From positions 8,803,400 through 8,867,399 of the forward strand of contig MU060767.1 in the NCBI GenBank assembly GCA_013265495.1: DNA of 64,000 nt, given 5' to 3'. The translations under genes and the position numbers were made by a program. Source of the DNA: Vicugna vicugna. Taxonomy: Eukaryota. Of the stretch, positions 63,781 to 64,000 are shown one piece after another (the first letter of the stretch is position 1; each line of letters begins with the position of its first letter). The notes below the pieces were generated by a model. The model was not told the DNA's origin. It did not search any database and saw nothing but the letters and a program-made list of their open reading frames with translations.

Positions 63781-64000
63781 GAGATTATCTCTTCTCCATC
63801 TCCCAGCAATAAGTTTTGCTTCAGAGGCTTTCATTGCTCTTACAACTATGAGACAGTCATCAAAAAGCTAATGATAGGATCAAAGGTCTAGAGCAAAAAT
63901 GGTTCGTGCATGTGGTGCAGCTACTGTTGAAATAATTGGCATTGTTTTCTGCTGACGTGTACCAGAACGGAACTTCCTGTCCTGCTTCTTCACTGGGGTG

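Noticed and set aside
1-64000. CRISPR arrays, operons, prokaryotic defence systems, tRNA/rRNA genes
   Set aside because: The sequence is mammalian; no regularly spaced repeat-spacer array or structured RNA gene was seen.

Overview
Placental-mammal genomic DNA (AT-rich, CpG-poor), probably intronic or 5'-UTR territory of one large gene that I could not identify. No complete protein-coding gene, rRNA, tRNA or CRISPR array is present, and almost all ORFs in the supplied track are spurious or decayed repeat frames. The firmest call is a processed SNRPG (Sm-G) pseudogene at about 11.43-11.86 kb. Much of the rest is old interspersed repeat: MIR, L2, MaLR LTRs (MLT1), ERV1/ERVL solo LTRs (MER34-, MER21-, MER74-like), hAT elements (Charlie1, MER58, MER5) and a 5'-truncated L1 with a target-site duplication. 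There are also several microsatellites and three assembly gaps. Unique CpG-retaining segments look like conserved regulatory elements and candidate minus-strand exons; the best is 29412-29483, with weaker ones at 51283-51574, 47265-47602, 32480-32577 and 6685-6761. Repeat family names come from recalled consensus sequences, and repeat boundaries are approximate. I found no convincing new biological system. The most testable leads are the unidentified spliced transcript(s), the history of the SNRPG retrocopy and the candidate enhancers.
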